From positions 2,946 through 66,945 of the forward strand of contig CANFLS010000012.1 in NCBI GenBank assembly GCA_947447955.1: DNA of 64,000 bases, read 5' to 3'. The DNA comes from Flavobacteriales bacterium. Its GTDB lineage: Bacteria; Bacteroidota; Bacteroidia; NS11-12g; UBA955. Shown here piece after piece: positions 49,534-59,186 of this stretch (the stretch's first letter is position 1; every line of letters begins with the position of its first letter). Made by a program: the position numbers and the translations under genes. The notes beneath the pieces are model-generated. The model saw nothing but the letters and a program-made list of their open reading frames with translations, was not told where the DNA came from and made no database searches.

Positions 49534-50724
49534 ATGAGTTTAAAAGACAAGATACAGCAAAAAGCGAACGAAATTGCACCCGCACTCATTGAAATTAGAC
49601 ACCACATTCATGAAAATCCGGAATTGTCGTTTGAAGAATTTGAAACTCAAAAACTCATAGAAAGTTATTTGCAAAACAAACTTGGATTAACAACGCAACG
49701 CGTTGCAAATACTGGCGTTGTTGCGCTGATTGAAGGCAAAAACCCCTCAAAAAGAGTGGTTGCTTTAAGAGCCGACATGGACGCATTGCCAATTGTTGAA
49801 GTAAATGATGGACGTCCCTACCGCAGTAAAAAAGAAGGTGTTATGCATGCTTGTGGCCATGATGTACATACAACTTCACTGCTAGGTGCTGCTACCATTC
49901 TCAATGAATTAAAAAATGACTTTGAAGGAACCATTAAACTTGTATTTCAACCAGGAGAAGAAAAAATTCCCGGTGGAGCAAGTATGATGATTGCAGAAGG
50001 AGTTTTAAACAATCCAAAAGTAGATGTCATGATAGGCCAACATGTCATGCCATTTATTGAAACTGGCAAAACTGGATTTAGACCAGGCTTATATATGGCC
50101 AGTGCCGATGAGATTTATATTACTGTAAAAGGAAAAGGTGGACATGGTGCCATGCCTCATTTGTGCATTGATCCGGTGAGTATTGCTTCACAAATGATTG
50201 TAAGTTTGCAGCAGGTAGTTTCAAGAAGTGCAAATCCTATTATTCCTAGTGTATTGTCGTTTGGTAAGTTCATAGCAAACGGGGCAACCAATGTAATTCC
50301 AAGTGAAGTTTATATTGAGGGAACTTTCAGAACTTTGGATGAAAAATGGCGCGCTGAAGCCCACGAAAAGATGACAAAAATTGCCACGAGTATTGTTGAA
50401 GGATTTGGTGGGGAAGTGAATTTCGAAATCCGAAAGGGCTATCCTTTTTTGAAAAACAATGAAAGTTTAACAACGAATTGCCAGCATTTAGCCAAAGATT
50501 ATTTGGGTGAAGAAAATGTAATTGATTTGGATATTTGGATGGCTGCTGAAGATTTTTCTTATTACTCACAGCAAGTAGATAGTTGTTTCTATAGACTGGG
50601 AACAAGAAATAATACCAAAGGAACAACTTTTGGGGTTCATCATCCTTCGTTTGACATTGATGAGGATGCCATAGAGCACGGAGCTGGATTAATGGCTTAT
50701 TTGGCCATTAAAAACTTAGATTAA
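49534..50724 (+). CDS. M20 family amidohydrolase
   Basis: PELSFEE, LRADMDAL, MHACGHD and FQPGEE; TAGATTTG box at 49491-49498. Confidence 0.93.
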   Translation: MSLKDKIQQKANEIAPALIEIRHHIHENPELSFEEFETQKLIESYLQNKLGLTTQRVANTGVVALIEGKNPSKRVVALRADMDALPIVEVNDGRPYRSKKEGVMHACGHDVHTTSLLGAATILNELKNDFEGTIKLVFQPGEEKIPGGASMMIAEGVLNNPKVDVMIGQHVMPFIETGKTGFRPGLYMASADEIYITVKGKGGHGAMPHLCIDPVSIASQMIVSLQQVVSRSANPIIPSVLSFGKFIANGATNVIPSEVYIEGTFRTLDEKWRAEAHEKMTKIATSIVEGFGGEVNFEIRKGYPFLKNNESLTTNCQHLAKDYLGEENVIDLDIWMAAEDFSYYSQQVDSCFYRLGTRNNTKGTTFGVHHPSFDIDEDAIEHGAGLMAYLAIKNLD

Positions 50725-51119
50725 GCGCCGATTATTCCGCAGAGGTTTTCTACAGCAACATCCCAAATGGATGCGGCCATTTCCGCTTCATCTTCGTTTA
50801 CGAATTCAGTAATGAGCAATTCAACATCGCCAGTTATGGCATCTTGTTCAATTCTAAATTCTAAAAATTCGCCTTCGGCAGAGCCTTCAATGGCAAATTT
50901 GATGTATTTATTGGGTACGTTTTTAATGATTTTCGCTTGATATTCTGTTCCGTCGTTCCAAGCGAAACGGTATCTCACACCGCCAAAAATATCAACATGG
51001 TCGGCAAACCAGCTTTGCAAGCCTGAAGGATTGGAAATATATTGGAATAAAATATGTGGAGAAGACCTCAATGAATATTCCAATTCAATTTTCGATCTTT
51101 TGATTCCTTCTGTGGCCAT
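50721..51119 (-). CDS. START-like domain protein
   Basis: LFQYISNPSGLQSWFAD motif of Bacteroidota START-like proteins. Confidence 0.8.
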   Translation of the reverse strand: MATEGIKRSKIELEYSLRSSPHILFQYISNPSGLQSWFADHVDIFGGVRYRFAWNDGTEYQAKIIKNVPNKYIKFAIEGSAEGEFLEFRIEQDAITGDVELLITEFVNEDEAEMAASIWDVAVENLCGIIGA

Positions 51120-51240
51120 AATGTTTAATATTTTATTATAAAAAGTTTCAATTTAGTGTTTTTTATGTTGCAATGAAATAATTTCAGTTGATAATTCAAA
51201 ATTTTCGTTAAATAACTTGTAATTATATTTGCACAACTTT

Positions 51241-51858
51241 ATGAATTTCAAAAAATACGTTGTTATCAATTTGTGCATTGCTTTGGTCATTGGTATTTGC
51301 GCTGCGCTTATGGGTTTCAACAATTTTACACTTAAAATTCACAATTTTTATTCGTTACAACTCGACAGGTATATCAAAAACTATACCATTTGGGCAGAAT
51401 GGCCTGTAATTGTATTGGGAATTTTCTTAATGATACGAATTAATTGGCGAAAAGGCTTATGGTTCTCTCTCGTTTTCGGAATTGAAGCAATTATTGTCCA
51501 ATTATTTAAATTTCAATTAAATTTACCTAGACCTATTGAGAAATTTGGACCAGCAATTCGACAAATTGACGGTGAAGTTCTCAAACATTTTCAAGCTTTC
51601 CCTAGTGGACATACCTCAGCAGCGTTTTTTGCAACCGGAATGATTATCTTATCGTTACCCAAACATAAACTCCGAAACATAACCCTTTATATATCAATTT
51701 TTTCAGCTTTTCTTATCGGTTACAGTCGCATTTATTTGGGGCAACACAGCATTGAAGATACGATAGCTGGTTGTATAATTGCCAATATTTTCTTTTATCT
51801 TGCGGGAATTACCTATCCGCTAATAGAAGAGAGATTCAATTCTAAGAAACTTAATTAA
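51241..51858 (+). CDS. PAP2 family membrane phosphatase
   Basis: K-x6-RP, AFPSGHT and SRIYLGQH. Confidence 0.85.
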   Translation: MNFKKYVVINLCIALVIGICAALMGFNNFTLKIHNFYSLQLDRYIKNYTIWAEWPVIVLGIFLMIRINWRKGLWFSLVFGIEAIIVQLFKFQLNLPRPIEKFGPAIRQIDGEVLKHFQAFPSGHTSAAFFATGMIILSLPKHKLRNITLYISIFSAFLIGYSRIYLGQHSIEDTIAGCIIANIFFYLAGITYPLIEERFNSKKLN

Positions 51859-53543
51859 TGCAGAAAACACAAGTACATATCATATTTACCCTTATTTCAG
51901 CATTATTGTTGATGGCAGGATTAAATATGGTTCCATTATTTGATTGGGATGAATTGAATTTCGCAGAAAGTGCGAGAGAAATGGTGCTTACCAAAAACTA
52001 TTTGTATACGCAAGTAGGATTTGAGCCATTTTATGAAAAGCCACCCTTATTTATTTGGTTACAATCAATAGGAATTCATATTGGTGGAATACATGCTTGG
52101 GTTTTCAAATTGCCAAATGTTATTGCCGGAATTATTTCGGTAAACTTGGCATACCACATTGGTTCAAATGCAGGTAAAAAAATGTTAGGCGCATTTTGGG
52201 CAATGACAATCTTATTGTCTCTCGCTCCTTTCATCTACTGGAAATCAGGTATTATTGATCCAGTCTTTAATTTGTTTATCTTCTTGTCGATGTACAAATG
52301 GTATCAAATTTCACAAGCCGGAATTAACCAAGAAAGGGCACATATTTATTATTTAATGTCAGGCATTTTTTTAGGACTGGCAGTGCTCACCAAAGGACCT
52401 GTTGCCATTCTCATTTTGGCACTCGTGGTTTTAGCGACTACTGCATCTAGAAGTAAATGGCATGAAATATTTGACGGTAAGATTTTGCTATTTTTTACGG
52501 GATTTATTGCAGTTTTGGCTTGTTGGATTATTCCACTTATCCAATCAAACGGACAAGCATTTTTCTCTCATTTTATTGATTATCAAGTTATTTTATTTAA
52601 AGGACAGATTCCATATCACAACCAACCATGGTTCTACCATATTGTAGTACTCTTGGTATTGTGTTTTCCCTCCGCAATTTTGGCATTCCCCCATTTGGTA
52701 GGTAATGTTGTAATGGATAGAAACGTAGATATTTTGCATTTATTTATGCGTTCTTTATTCTGGATCGTGTTAATCATATTCAGTATTGCAACCACCAAAA
52801 TCATTCATTACAGCAGCCTTTGTTGGTGGCCACTCACCTATTTTGGTGCTTATCAGGTTTATTTGATTTATACCAACCGAGGCAAATTTCCTTATTGGTT
52901 AAATATTCCATTGTTCTTCGTTGGACTAGCATTAATACTTGGGTTATGGGGAATACCATTGGCGGCAACCATCAGGCCTGTTCCGACCATTTTATTGAAT
53001 AATTTAGACGCTTATTCACAGGATATTTTACTCAATATGCCTAAATGGAATTGGACAACGTTAATTCCTGCTTCATTGTTTACGTTTTGGTTCATTCCAT
53101 GGATTGTTCTTTCGTTTTTTGGAAAAAAACCAAATCCTATTTATTTGTATGTTTTATCAGGCGCAGTAGCAATCACCTCTTATTTCACCTTGCTTCCTGC
53201 CGTTGCAAATAGCAGCCAAGGACCGGTTACCAATGCAATTAAGGTATTTCGTAAAAAAGGAATATTTTTAGAAACTTGGGGCTATAAAACTTATGCGCTT
53301 TATTTTCACTCGAATTTAACGGCTAAAGATTTTGAGGGAATGATTACCGAAAACCCACTTCCCGAGAATGAAATTTATCCAAAACAAGAAAAAAGACGAC
53401 TACATGCCCACAACCCAAATAATCATCAAAAAATGTATGTTATCACAAAAAATACATTCCAACCTGATGAATCATTCAATCAAAAATTCCAAGCATATAA
53501 TCAATTAAAACTGGGTGGATATATTGTTTGGCAAAGAAAGTAA
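51858..53543 (+). CDS. ArnT/GT83-like membrane glycosyltransferase
   Basis: LFDWDE...AESAREM, EKPPLF and LTKGPV; many TM segments. Confidence 0.85.
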   Translation: MQKTQVHIIFTLISALLLMAGLNMVPLFDWDELNFAESAREMVLTKNYLYTQVGFEPFYEKPPLFIWLQSIGIHIGGIHAWVFKLPNVIAGIISVNLAYHIGSNAGKKMLGAFWAMTILLSLAPFIYWKSGIIDPVFNLFIFLSMYKWYQISQAGINQERAHIYYLMSGIFLGLAVLTKGPVAILILALVVLATTASRSKWHEIFDGKILLFFTGFIAVLACWIIPLIQSNGQAFFSHFIDYQVILFKGQIPYHNQPWFYHIVVLLVLCFPSAILAFPHLVGNVVMDRNVDILHLFMRSLFWIVLIIFSIATTKIIHYSSLCWWPLTYFGAYQVYLIYTNRGKFPYWLNIPLFFVGLALILGLWGIPLAATIRPVPTILLNNLDAYSQDILLNMPKWNWTTLIPASLFTFWFIPWIVLSFFGKKPNPIYLYVLSGAVAITSYFTLLPAVANSSQGPVTNAIKVFRKKGIFLETWGYKTYALYFHSNLTAKDFEGMITENPLPENEIYPKQEKRRLHAHNPNNHQKMYVITKNTFQPDESFNQKFQAYNQLKLGGYIVWQRK

Positions 53544-53614
53544 TACACTTTACCAAACCAAAATAGGATTATTTGTACCAAATTATTATATTGCCTAATT
53601 AGTAAAACTCCGTA

Positions 53615-54559
53615 ATGAAAAACTCCAACAAGTGTATAATAGTATCTGAATGGGAATACGGAGCAGGAAAACCAGGAACATCAAAAGGACCTCAAACTCT
53701 TCTCGATGTTTGCACTAATTCCCCAAATCATATAATGAGCGAAACAAGTGTATTTTCTGTTCCACAAGAAATTGACGACAAAGAGAAAATACCCTTACCT
53801 GAATACTTAAAAAGGGCTCAACCTTTTATCAAACATCAAAAAGGCTATGCCCAGTTGGTAGAAAGTTGTTTGAATGCAAACAAATTGCCAATTATATTGA
53901 GTGGCGACCATAGCAATGCAATTGGAAGTTTGGCCGGATTTTGCCGACATTTTGGTTGCGAAAATACAGGTGTACTATGGATTGATGCCCATTTGGATTT
54001 GCACTCTCCCTATACCACTCCAAGTGGAAATATCCATGGAATGGCATTGAATGCAAGTTTGAATAACGACAATATCGAAAACCAATGTAATGAACTGGAT
54101 GCTGATACCATTTCTTTGTGGGACGAAATAAAATCCCTCAAAAACAACGAAAACACCCAGCAACTAAATCCTAAAAACATCGTTTTTATCGGAATCCGCA
54201 GTTACGAAAAACCTGAAATTGAACTTACCAAATCGCTTGGAATCAATATCATTTTTGCCGAAGATGTTAAGAAAAACGGCATGAAATGGGCAATTGAACA
54301 AGCTGAGGAAATGCTAAGAAACACGGAACAATTGTACGTGAGCTTTGATGTTGATAGCCTTGATCCAAGTATTTCTAAAGGAACTGGAACGCCAGTGAAA
54401 GGCGGGTTGAATATACAACAAGCCGATGAATTACTGAGCTATTTATACAATCAAGAAAAGGTGAAAGCTTTTGAAATTACTGAGATTAATCCATCATTAG
54501 AAGACAACAATCAAATGTCGTTTGCTGTTGCAGGTTTAATTGAACGTAATTTCGTTTAA
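53615..54559 (+). CDS. arginase family protein
   Basis: SGDHS, WIDAHLD, SGNIHGM and SFDVDSLDP...GTGTP. Confidence 0.9.
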   Translation: MKNSNKCIIVSEWEYGAGKPGTSKGPQTLLDVCTNSPNHIMSETSVFSVPQEIDDKEKIPLPEYLKRAQPFIKHQKGYAQLVESCLNANKLPIILSGDHSNAIGSLAGFCRHFGCENTGVLWIDAHLDLHSPYTTPSGNIHGMALNASLNNDNIENQCNELDADTISLWDEIKSLKNNENTQQLNPKNIVFIGIRSYEKPEIELTKSLGINIIFAEDVKKNGMKWAIEQAEEMLRNTEQLYVSFDVDSLDPSISKGTGTPVKGGLNIQQADELLSYLYNQEKVKAFEITEINPSLEDNNQMSFAVAGLIERNFV

Positions 54560-54561
54560 AA

Positions 54562-55575
54562 TTAAATTGATTCGATAGCCCACTGCATAGTGTCTACACC
54601 ATCTGCATAATCCCAAAGCGTTGGACATTGGGTTTGTCCCAAACGCAAATGGGTTATTTCGGTATTTTCACTTACAATACACTGAATATTTTCAGAAATT
54701 TCTGCAAAAACAGCTTTCAATTCGTTGATGTTTGAATAATATTCATAGTTAATCATTCCAACTGGAGAATACAATTCTTTTCTATCTTTCATTAATACAT
54801 ATCCAGCATCAATATGCGGATCTAGGTTCATCAATAACAATGCTTTGTGGTAATTGTAATTATTTACATATTTATTATGGAAAGCCACATCGGCATGTGA
54901 TTTTTCCCACACGTCAAAAAGCGTTTTGAACTCATAATTTTCTGGTAAATATACTTTGGTTACATTGCGGCAACCTAGCCCAAAAAAATCAAACACATCA
55001 TTCCCAAATGCAATTAATTGATCTTCTGTTTCATTACCAGTAATAACCGCAATGCTATTTCTATTTTTCCTTAGAATATGGGGGATATTTCTAAAATAGT
55101 ATTCAAAATACCGAGATGAATTATTGCTACCTGTTGCAATTGCAGCATCTACATTTTTAAATTGATCTGAAAATTCAATTTGAGTTCCCCAAATAGGATT
55201 AATTTTGGCTGCCTCTGAAGTCCAAAACTTAGGCAAAAACTCATCGTCTGATGAACATTTGGCAATCATTTTGTATCCTGCAAGAACACCAACAATGAGG
55301 TCATGCATTCCCACCAAAGGAATATTGCCAGCCATAATAACACCCATTCTTTTGTTATGAATCTCTAGAGGCAAGGAATATTTAGATAACCATTGATCTA
55401 TATTCTCATCTGACAATGCATCAATCCAACTCTGAATACTCTTTTCAGTTTGTTTTAATTCGAACCACTGATTGTTAATCTGTGCTGTATACAACATTGA
55501 CTGCCAACTTTCATCGGTTTTATAATTTACGATTGACTGTCGCAAAGCCAACAATGCTTCTTTTTGAAAACTCAT
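54562..55575 (-). CDS. acyl-CoA reductase (LuxC-like)
   Basis: MAGNIPLVG, IATGSNN, FGLGCRNV and DYADGVDT. Confidence 0.85.
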   Translation of the reverse strand: MSFQKEALLALRQSIVNYKTDESWQSMLYTAQINNQWFELKQTEKSIQSWIDALSDENIDQWLSKYSLPLEIHNKRMGVIMAGNIPLVGMHDLIVGVLAGYKMIAKCSSDDEFLPKFWTSEAAKINPIWGTQIEFSDQFKNVDAAIATGSNNSSRYFEYYFRNIPHILRKNRNSIAVITGNETEDQLIAFGNDVFDFFGLGCRNVTKVYLPENYEFKTLFDVWEKSHADVAFHNKYVNNYNYHKALLLMNLDPHIDAGYVLMKDRKELYSPVGMINYEYYSNINELKAVFAEISENIQCIVSENTEITHLRLGQTQCPTLWDYADGVDTMQWAIESI

Positions 55576-55659
55576 TATGGTGCAAAAATACGGCTAAATT
55601 ATGATGCCATTTTTTTTGAATGTAACAAAATGTGCTATTTCGTCGTAATTTTGTATATA

Positions 55660-56379
55660 ATGCGAAACAAATTCATTCTTTTATTTGTAGCAAGTCTTTG
55701 CTTATTTTCAAATTCAAACGCTCAAAGTAAGTGGTATTTGGGATTGAGTGCTGCAACATGTGCTGCCAAAACTGCCACTGCCGATACCTTGGCCAATAAT
55801 TTCACTACCAGAAATCGTTGGGGTGCCGCTTTTAACCTTGGCGGATATTATGAAATGAACAGGGTTTCATCTATTCATTTTGGCGTTGGGATTATCAACA
55901 AAGGTTACAAAATCAATAACGACACTCTTTCACTAAACAACTACGTAAATAGCAGCATCACCGCTTTAAATGCAAATTTAGGCTTGTCTTTCAAGCAAAG
56001 ATTCGGTGGTTCTATGTACATCATGGAAAAAATTGGCGGAGTTATTAATTATAACCAAAGTCCATCGACTGTAAGAGATACCTTTTACAATGCAACTTCA
56101 AAGCCTACCTTTAGAATTATCCAAACTGAAACTAACAAATGGTATCCGATGATTTATTTGGGATTTGTTATGGGGGGAAGTAATGAGCGTGGCGATAGAT
56201 ACGAGTTTAACATTACCTACCAACAATCGTTGAGTACCTCACACGAGTTACAAGTTCAAACTGGTGAATTTTATAGCAAAGCCTTTCCTCTAAATTTTAG
56301 AGGGGGTAATCTTCAAATTGGTATTGCTTATTATTTCAATTTAGGGAATATTAAGAAGAATGAGGAGTATTATTATTAG
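55660..56379 (+). CDS. outer-membrane beta-barrel protein
   Basis: Signal peptide from ATG 55660 (TAATTTTG box at 55646-55653); beta-strand pattern. Confidence 0.65.
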   Translation: MRNKFILLFVASLCLFSNSNAQSKWYLGLSAATCAAKTATADTLANNFTTRNRWGAAFNLGGYYEMNRVSSIHFGVGIINKGYKINNDTLSLNNYVNSSITALNANLGLSFKQRFGGSMYIMEKIGGVINYNQSPSTVRDTFYNATSKPTFRIIQTETNKWYPMIYLGFVMGGSNERGDRYEFNITYQQSLSTSHELQVQTGEFYSKAFPLNFRGGNLQIGIAYYFNLGNIKKNEEYYY

Positions 56380-56390
56380 GGGAATTCTAA

Positions 56391-56682
56391 GGTTTATAAG
56401 GGTTTATGAAGGTTTATAAAAGTTTATAAGGGTTAAAACTAAACGCATGGCAATTCTATGGTTTATAAGTGTTTATGAAGGTTTATAAAAGTTTATAAGG
56501 GTTAACAAAGTAAGTGAATAAAATAAACAGCGAAGCGTAAACTACGAAGTGTAAACTACGAAGTGTAAACTACGAAGTATAAACTACGAAGTATAAACTA
56601 CGAAGTATAAACAGCGAAGCGTAAACAGCGAAGCGTAAACAACGAAGTGTCAACAACGAAGTGTAAACAGCGAAGCGTCAAC
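56391..56682 (+). repeat. composite repeat element 9: GTTTAT 10-mer arm plus 11 x 14-bp mini-hairpin units
   Basis: Two runs of NGTTTATRAN at 56391-56505; RTMAAC-W-RCGAAGY x11 at 56523-56676. Confidence 0.95.
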
Positions 56683-56694
56683 AATAAAATAAAT

Positions 56695-57264
56695 ATGAAA
56701 TACATTTTAATCATTATTTCGATTTTAATAGGTGGTGGTAATTTATTTGGTCAAAAGATCAATGCCAAAAGAAAACAGCCAGTCGATCCAATGGTTCGTT
56801 ATTGTGAGGAAATTGACAATGTTTATAATCGAAATCCAACTAACGATTCTATAAAAAAGCTTTGCGCCTATGCACTGTATTCTCGAATTGACAAATTACC
56901 GAGCTTTGGTTTAGGCAACCTCATTAAATATACCGAAGCCATTGATTCAATAGACGTGATGCTGTTTGCAATGCGTTTGATGGAGAAAAAATACCCTCAG
57001 GTATTTCCTGAGTCATTCGATATGTTGCCAGCTATTCGCGTAGAAATGTATAAATACCCGAAGAAATTCTCAAAAGCCTTTCAAATTACAGAGTATAAAC
57101 TCACAAAAGCCTTTGATTTCTTTTATTTCAAATGGTATTGCTTCTTCCTATTCAAAGAAAAGGGTGAAAAAGCACTAGAAGAAGCCATATCGAAATATTT
57201 AGATAAAAATAATATTACTCCGGAAAACGCAGAATTTATTGTTTTCCATGTGGCAAATGAATAA
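56695..57264 (+). CDS. hypothetical exported protein
   Basis: MKYILIIISILIGG signal-like start right after the repeat array. No family recognised. Confidence 0.6.
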   Translation: MKYILIIISILIGGGNLFGQKINAKRKQPVDPMVRYCEEIDNVYNRNPTNDSIKKLCAYALYSRIDKLPSFGLGNLIKYTEAIDSIDVMLFAMRLMEKKYPQVFPESFDMLPAIRVEMYKYPKKFSKAFQITEYKLTKAFDFFYFKWYCFFLFKEKGEKALEEAISKYLDKNNITPENAEFIVFHVANE

Positions 57265-57268
57265 TTAT

Positions 57269-58096
57269 TTATCCAAGTCCTACATCCAACGCCATCATAA
57301 TAACAAAGCCGAACATGAGTCCTAACGTAGCTCTATCATTATGCCCATTGCTTTGAGATTCAGGAATAACCTCTTCAACCACAACATAAATCATTGCACC
57401 GGCAGCAAAAGCCAAGGCATAAGGCAAAATACTTTGAGCCAACATGACCAAGGCAACTCCGGCAACGGCCGCAATTGGTTCTACAATTCCGCTAAGTTGA
57501 CCCCATAAAAACGACTTGGTTCTAGACATTCCAAATCTTCTTAAAGGCAATGCAACCGCAAGTCCCTCCGGAAAATCTTGAATACCAATTCCAATGGTAA
57601 GCGCAATTGCACCCGCCAAATCAGCGCCAGGAATTCCTTCCGCAACAGCACCAAAGGCCACCCCAACTGCCAATCCCTCAGGAATATTGTGCAACGTAAT
57701 TGCCAAAACCAGCAAAACTGTTTTATTCCAATTGGTTTTAACACCTTCCGACTTTTCAATTGGCTCATTTAAATGTAAATGCGGCAACAATTGATCAAGC
57801 GAAAATAAAAATACAGCTCCACCCAAAAATCCTATAGCCACTGGTACCCACGCCCAATGATGACTCCATGTCAATTGGGCCATTTCAATTGCAGGATTTA
57901 ACAAACTCCAAAAACTTGCAGCCAGCATTACTCCTGCCGTGAACCCCAAAAGGGTATCCATAAATCCTTTGCGAACATCCTTAATGAAAAAAACCACGGC
58001 AGCCCCCAAAGCTGTTACCAACCACGTAAATGTAGATCCGGCAAGACCTTGCATTATGGGAGATAAACCACTAAAAAAAGCTATAATTTTATCCAT
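57269..58096 (-). CDS. ZIP family metal transporter (ZupT/GufA-like)
   Basis: LHNIPEGLAVG and QDFPEGLAV. Confidence 0.92.
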   Translation of the reverse strand: MDKIIAFFSGLSPIMQGLAGSTFTWLVTALGAAVVFFIKDVRKGFMDTLLGFTAGVMLAASFWSLLNPAIEMAQLTWSHHWAWVPVAIGFLGGAVFLFSLDQLLPHLHLNEPIEKSEGVKTNWNKTVLLVLAITLHNIPEGLAVGVAFGAVAEGIPGADLAGAIALTIGIGIQDFPEGLAVALPLRRFGMSRTKSFLWGQLSGIVEPIAAVAGVALVMLAQSILPYALAFAAGAMIYVVVEEVIPESQSNGHNDRATLGLMFGFVIMMALDVGLG

Positions 58097-58131
58097 AGTT
58101 CAAAGATAGTGAAAAATGATTAAGTTGATGA

Positions 58132-58740
58132 TTAATGTACCCTATCGCCGCGAAGTTCAAGATTTTGAAGGATTTCCGCTTCAATATCAAGCCATTCTTG
58201 CCAACGTTTTTTGACTAATTCCTCATCGTAATAGGTTTTAGCCAGATCAATAAACATTCTGTAATGACCGGCTTCTGATATCATAAACTCATGATAAAAC
58301 TTGCGCAATTCTAAATCGGAACAATACAAACTGAGCAATCGAAAGCGTTCGCAACTTCTTGCTTCAATTAATGCGGAAATTAAAAGTTGCTCAAGCATTT
58401 GCATGCCGGCAACACCTTTAATTTGACGGGATTGTAATTGAACAACGTATTGATCTTTGCGGTTTCTACCGAGTTTGAATCCTCTTTTATCAAGTTCCTT
58501 TAAAACCCTTCTAAAATGTCCCCATTCTTCAGCAACGAGTGGCGTAACCTCTTGAACCAATTTTTCTTGATCCGCATATCGCACGATAAGAGAAATACCA
58601 GTAGTGGCAGCTTTTTGCTCGCAAAAAGCATGATCAATTAATATTTCGTGAATAGATTTCTCGGCAATGTTTACCCACCGTGGATCAGTTGGCAACTTTA
58701 AACCAAGCATTTTCACGCTGCTTAGTTCTTCGTCTTCCAT
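58132..58740 (-). CDS. miaE: tRNA-(ms2io6A) hydroxylase
   Basis: DHAFCEQKAA, EEWGHF, IEARSCERF and SEAGHY di-iron motifs. Confidence 0.92.
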   Translation of the reverse strand: MEDEELSSVKMLGLKLPTDPRWVNIAEKSIHEILIDHAFCEQKAATTGISLIVRYADQEKLVQEVTPLVAEEWGHFRRVLKELDKRGFKLGRNRKDQYVVQLQSRQIKGVAGMQMLEQLLISALIEARSCERFRLLSLYCSDLELRKFYHEFMISEAGHYRMFIDLAKTYYDEELVKKRWQEWLDIEAEILQNLELRGDRVH

Positions 58741-58745
58741 CAGAA

Positions 58746-59186
58746 TTATTCTGCTTCTATTTTGTTGACACGGGTTTCGTGACGACCACCTTCGAAAGCG
58801 CTTTCCAAGTATGCATCAGCAATTTCGAATGCTGTTTCTTGAGAAATGAATCTAGCTGGTAAGCAAATCACATTTGCGTTGTTGTGTTGTCGTGCCAAAG
58901 AAGCCAATTCTGGAGCCCAAGCCAAAGCAGCCCTAACACCGTGGTGTTTGTTTGCCGTGATGCAAACACCATTTCCACTTCCGCAAATAAGAATTCCCAA
59001 TTGGGTAATTCCAGTTTCAACACTTGAAGCAACTTTATGTGCAAAATCAGGATAATCTACGCTGTCGGCCGAATTTGGACCTAAATCAACCATAGAATAC
59101 CCTTTGTTAGTTAAATAGTTACACATTTCTTGTTTCAATTCAAATCCAGCGTGATCTGAACCAATAGCTATAGTTACATTATTCAT
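58746..59186 (-). CDS. rpiB: ribose-5-phosphate isomerase B
   Basis: GSDHAG, DYPD, CGSGNG and FEGGRH. Confidence 0.96.
   Translation of the reverse strand: MNNVTIAIGSDHAGFELKQEMCNYLTNKGYSMVDLGPNSADSVDYPDFAHKVASSVETGITQLGILICGSGNGVCITANKHHGVRAALAWAPELASLARQHNNANVICLPARFISQETAFEIADAYLESAFEGGRHETRVNKIEAE

Noticed and set aside
56523..56682. CRISPR array
   Set aside because: Units are 14 bp with no unique spacers, and no cas genes are present in the window.
56647..56694. Upstream GTG start for the orphan gene
   Set aside because: It lies inside the 14-bp repeat array; the signal peptide begins at ATG 56695.
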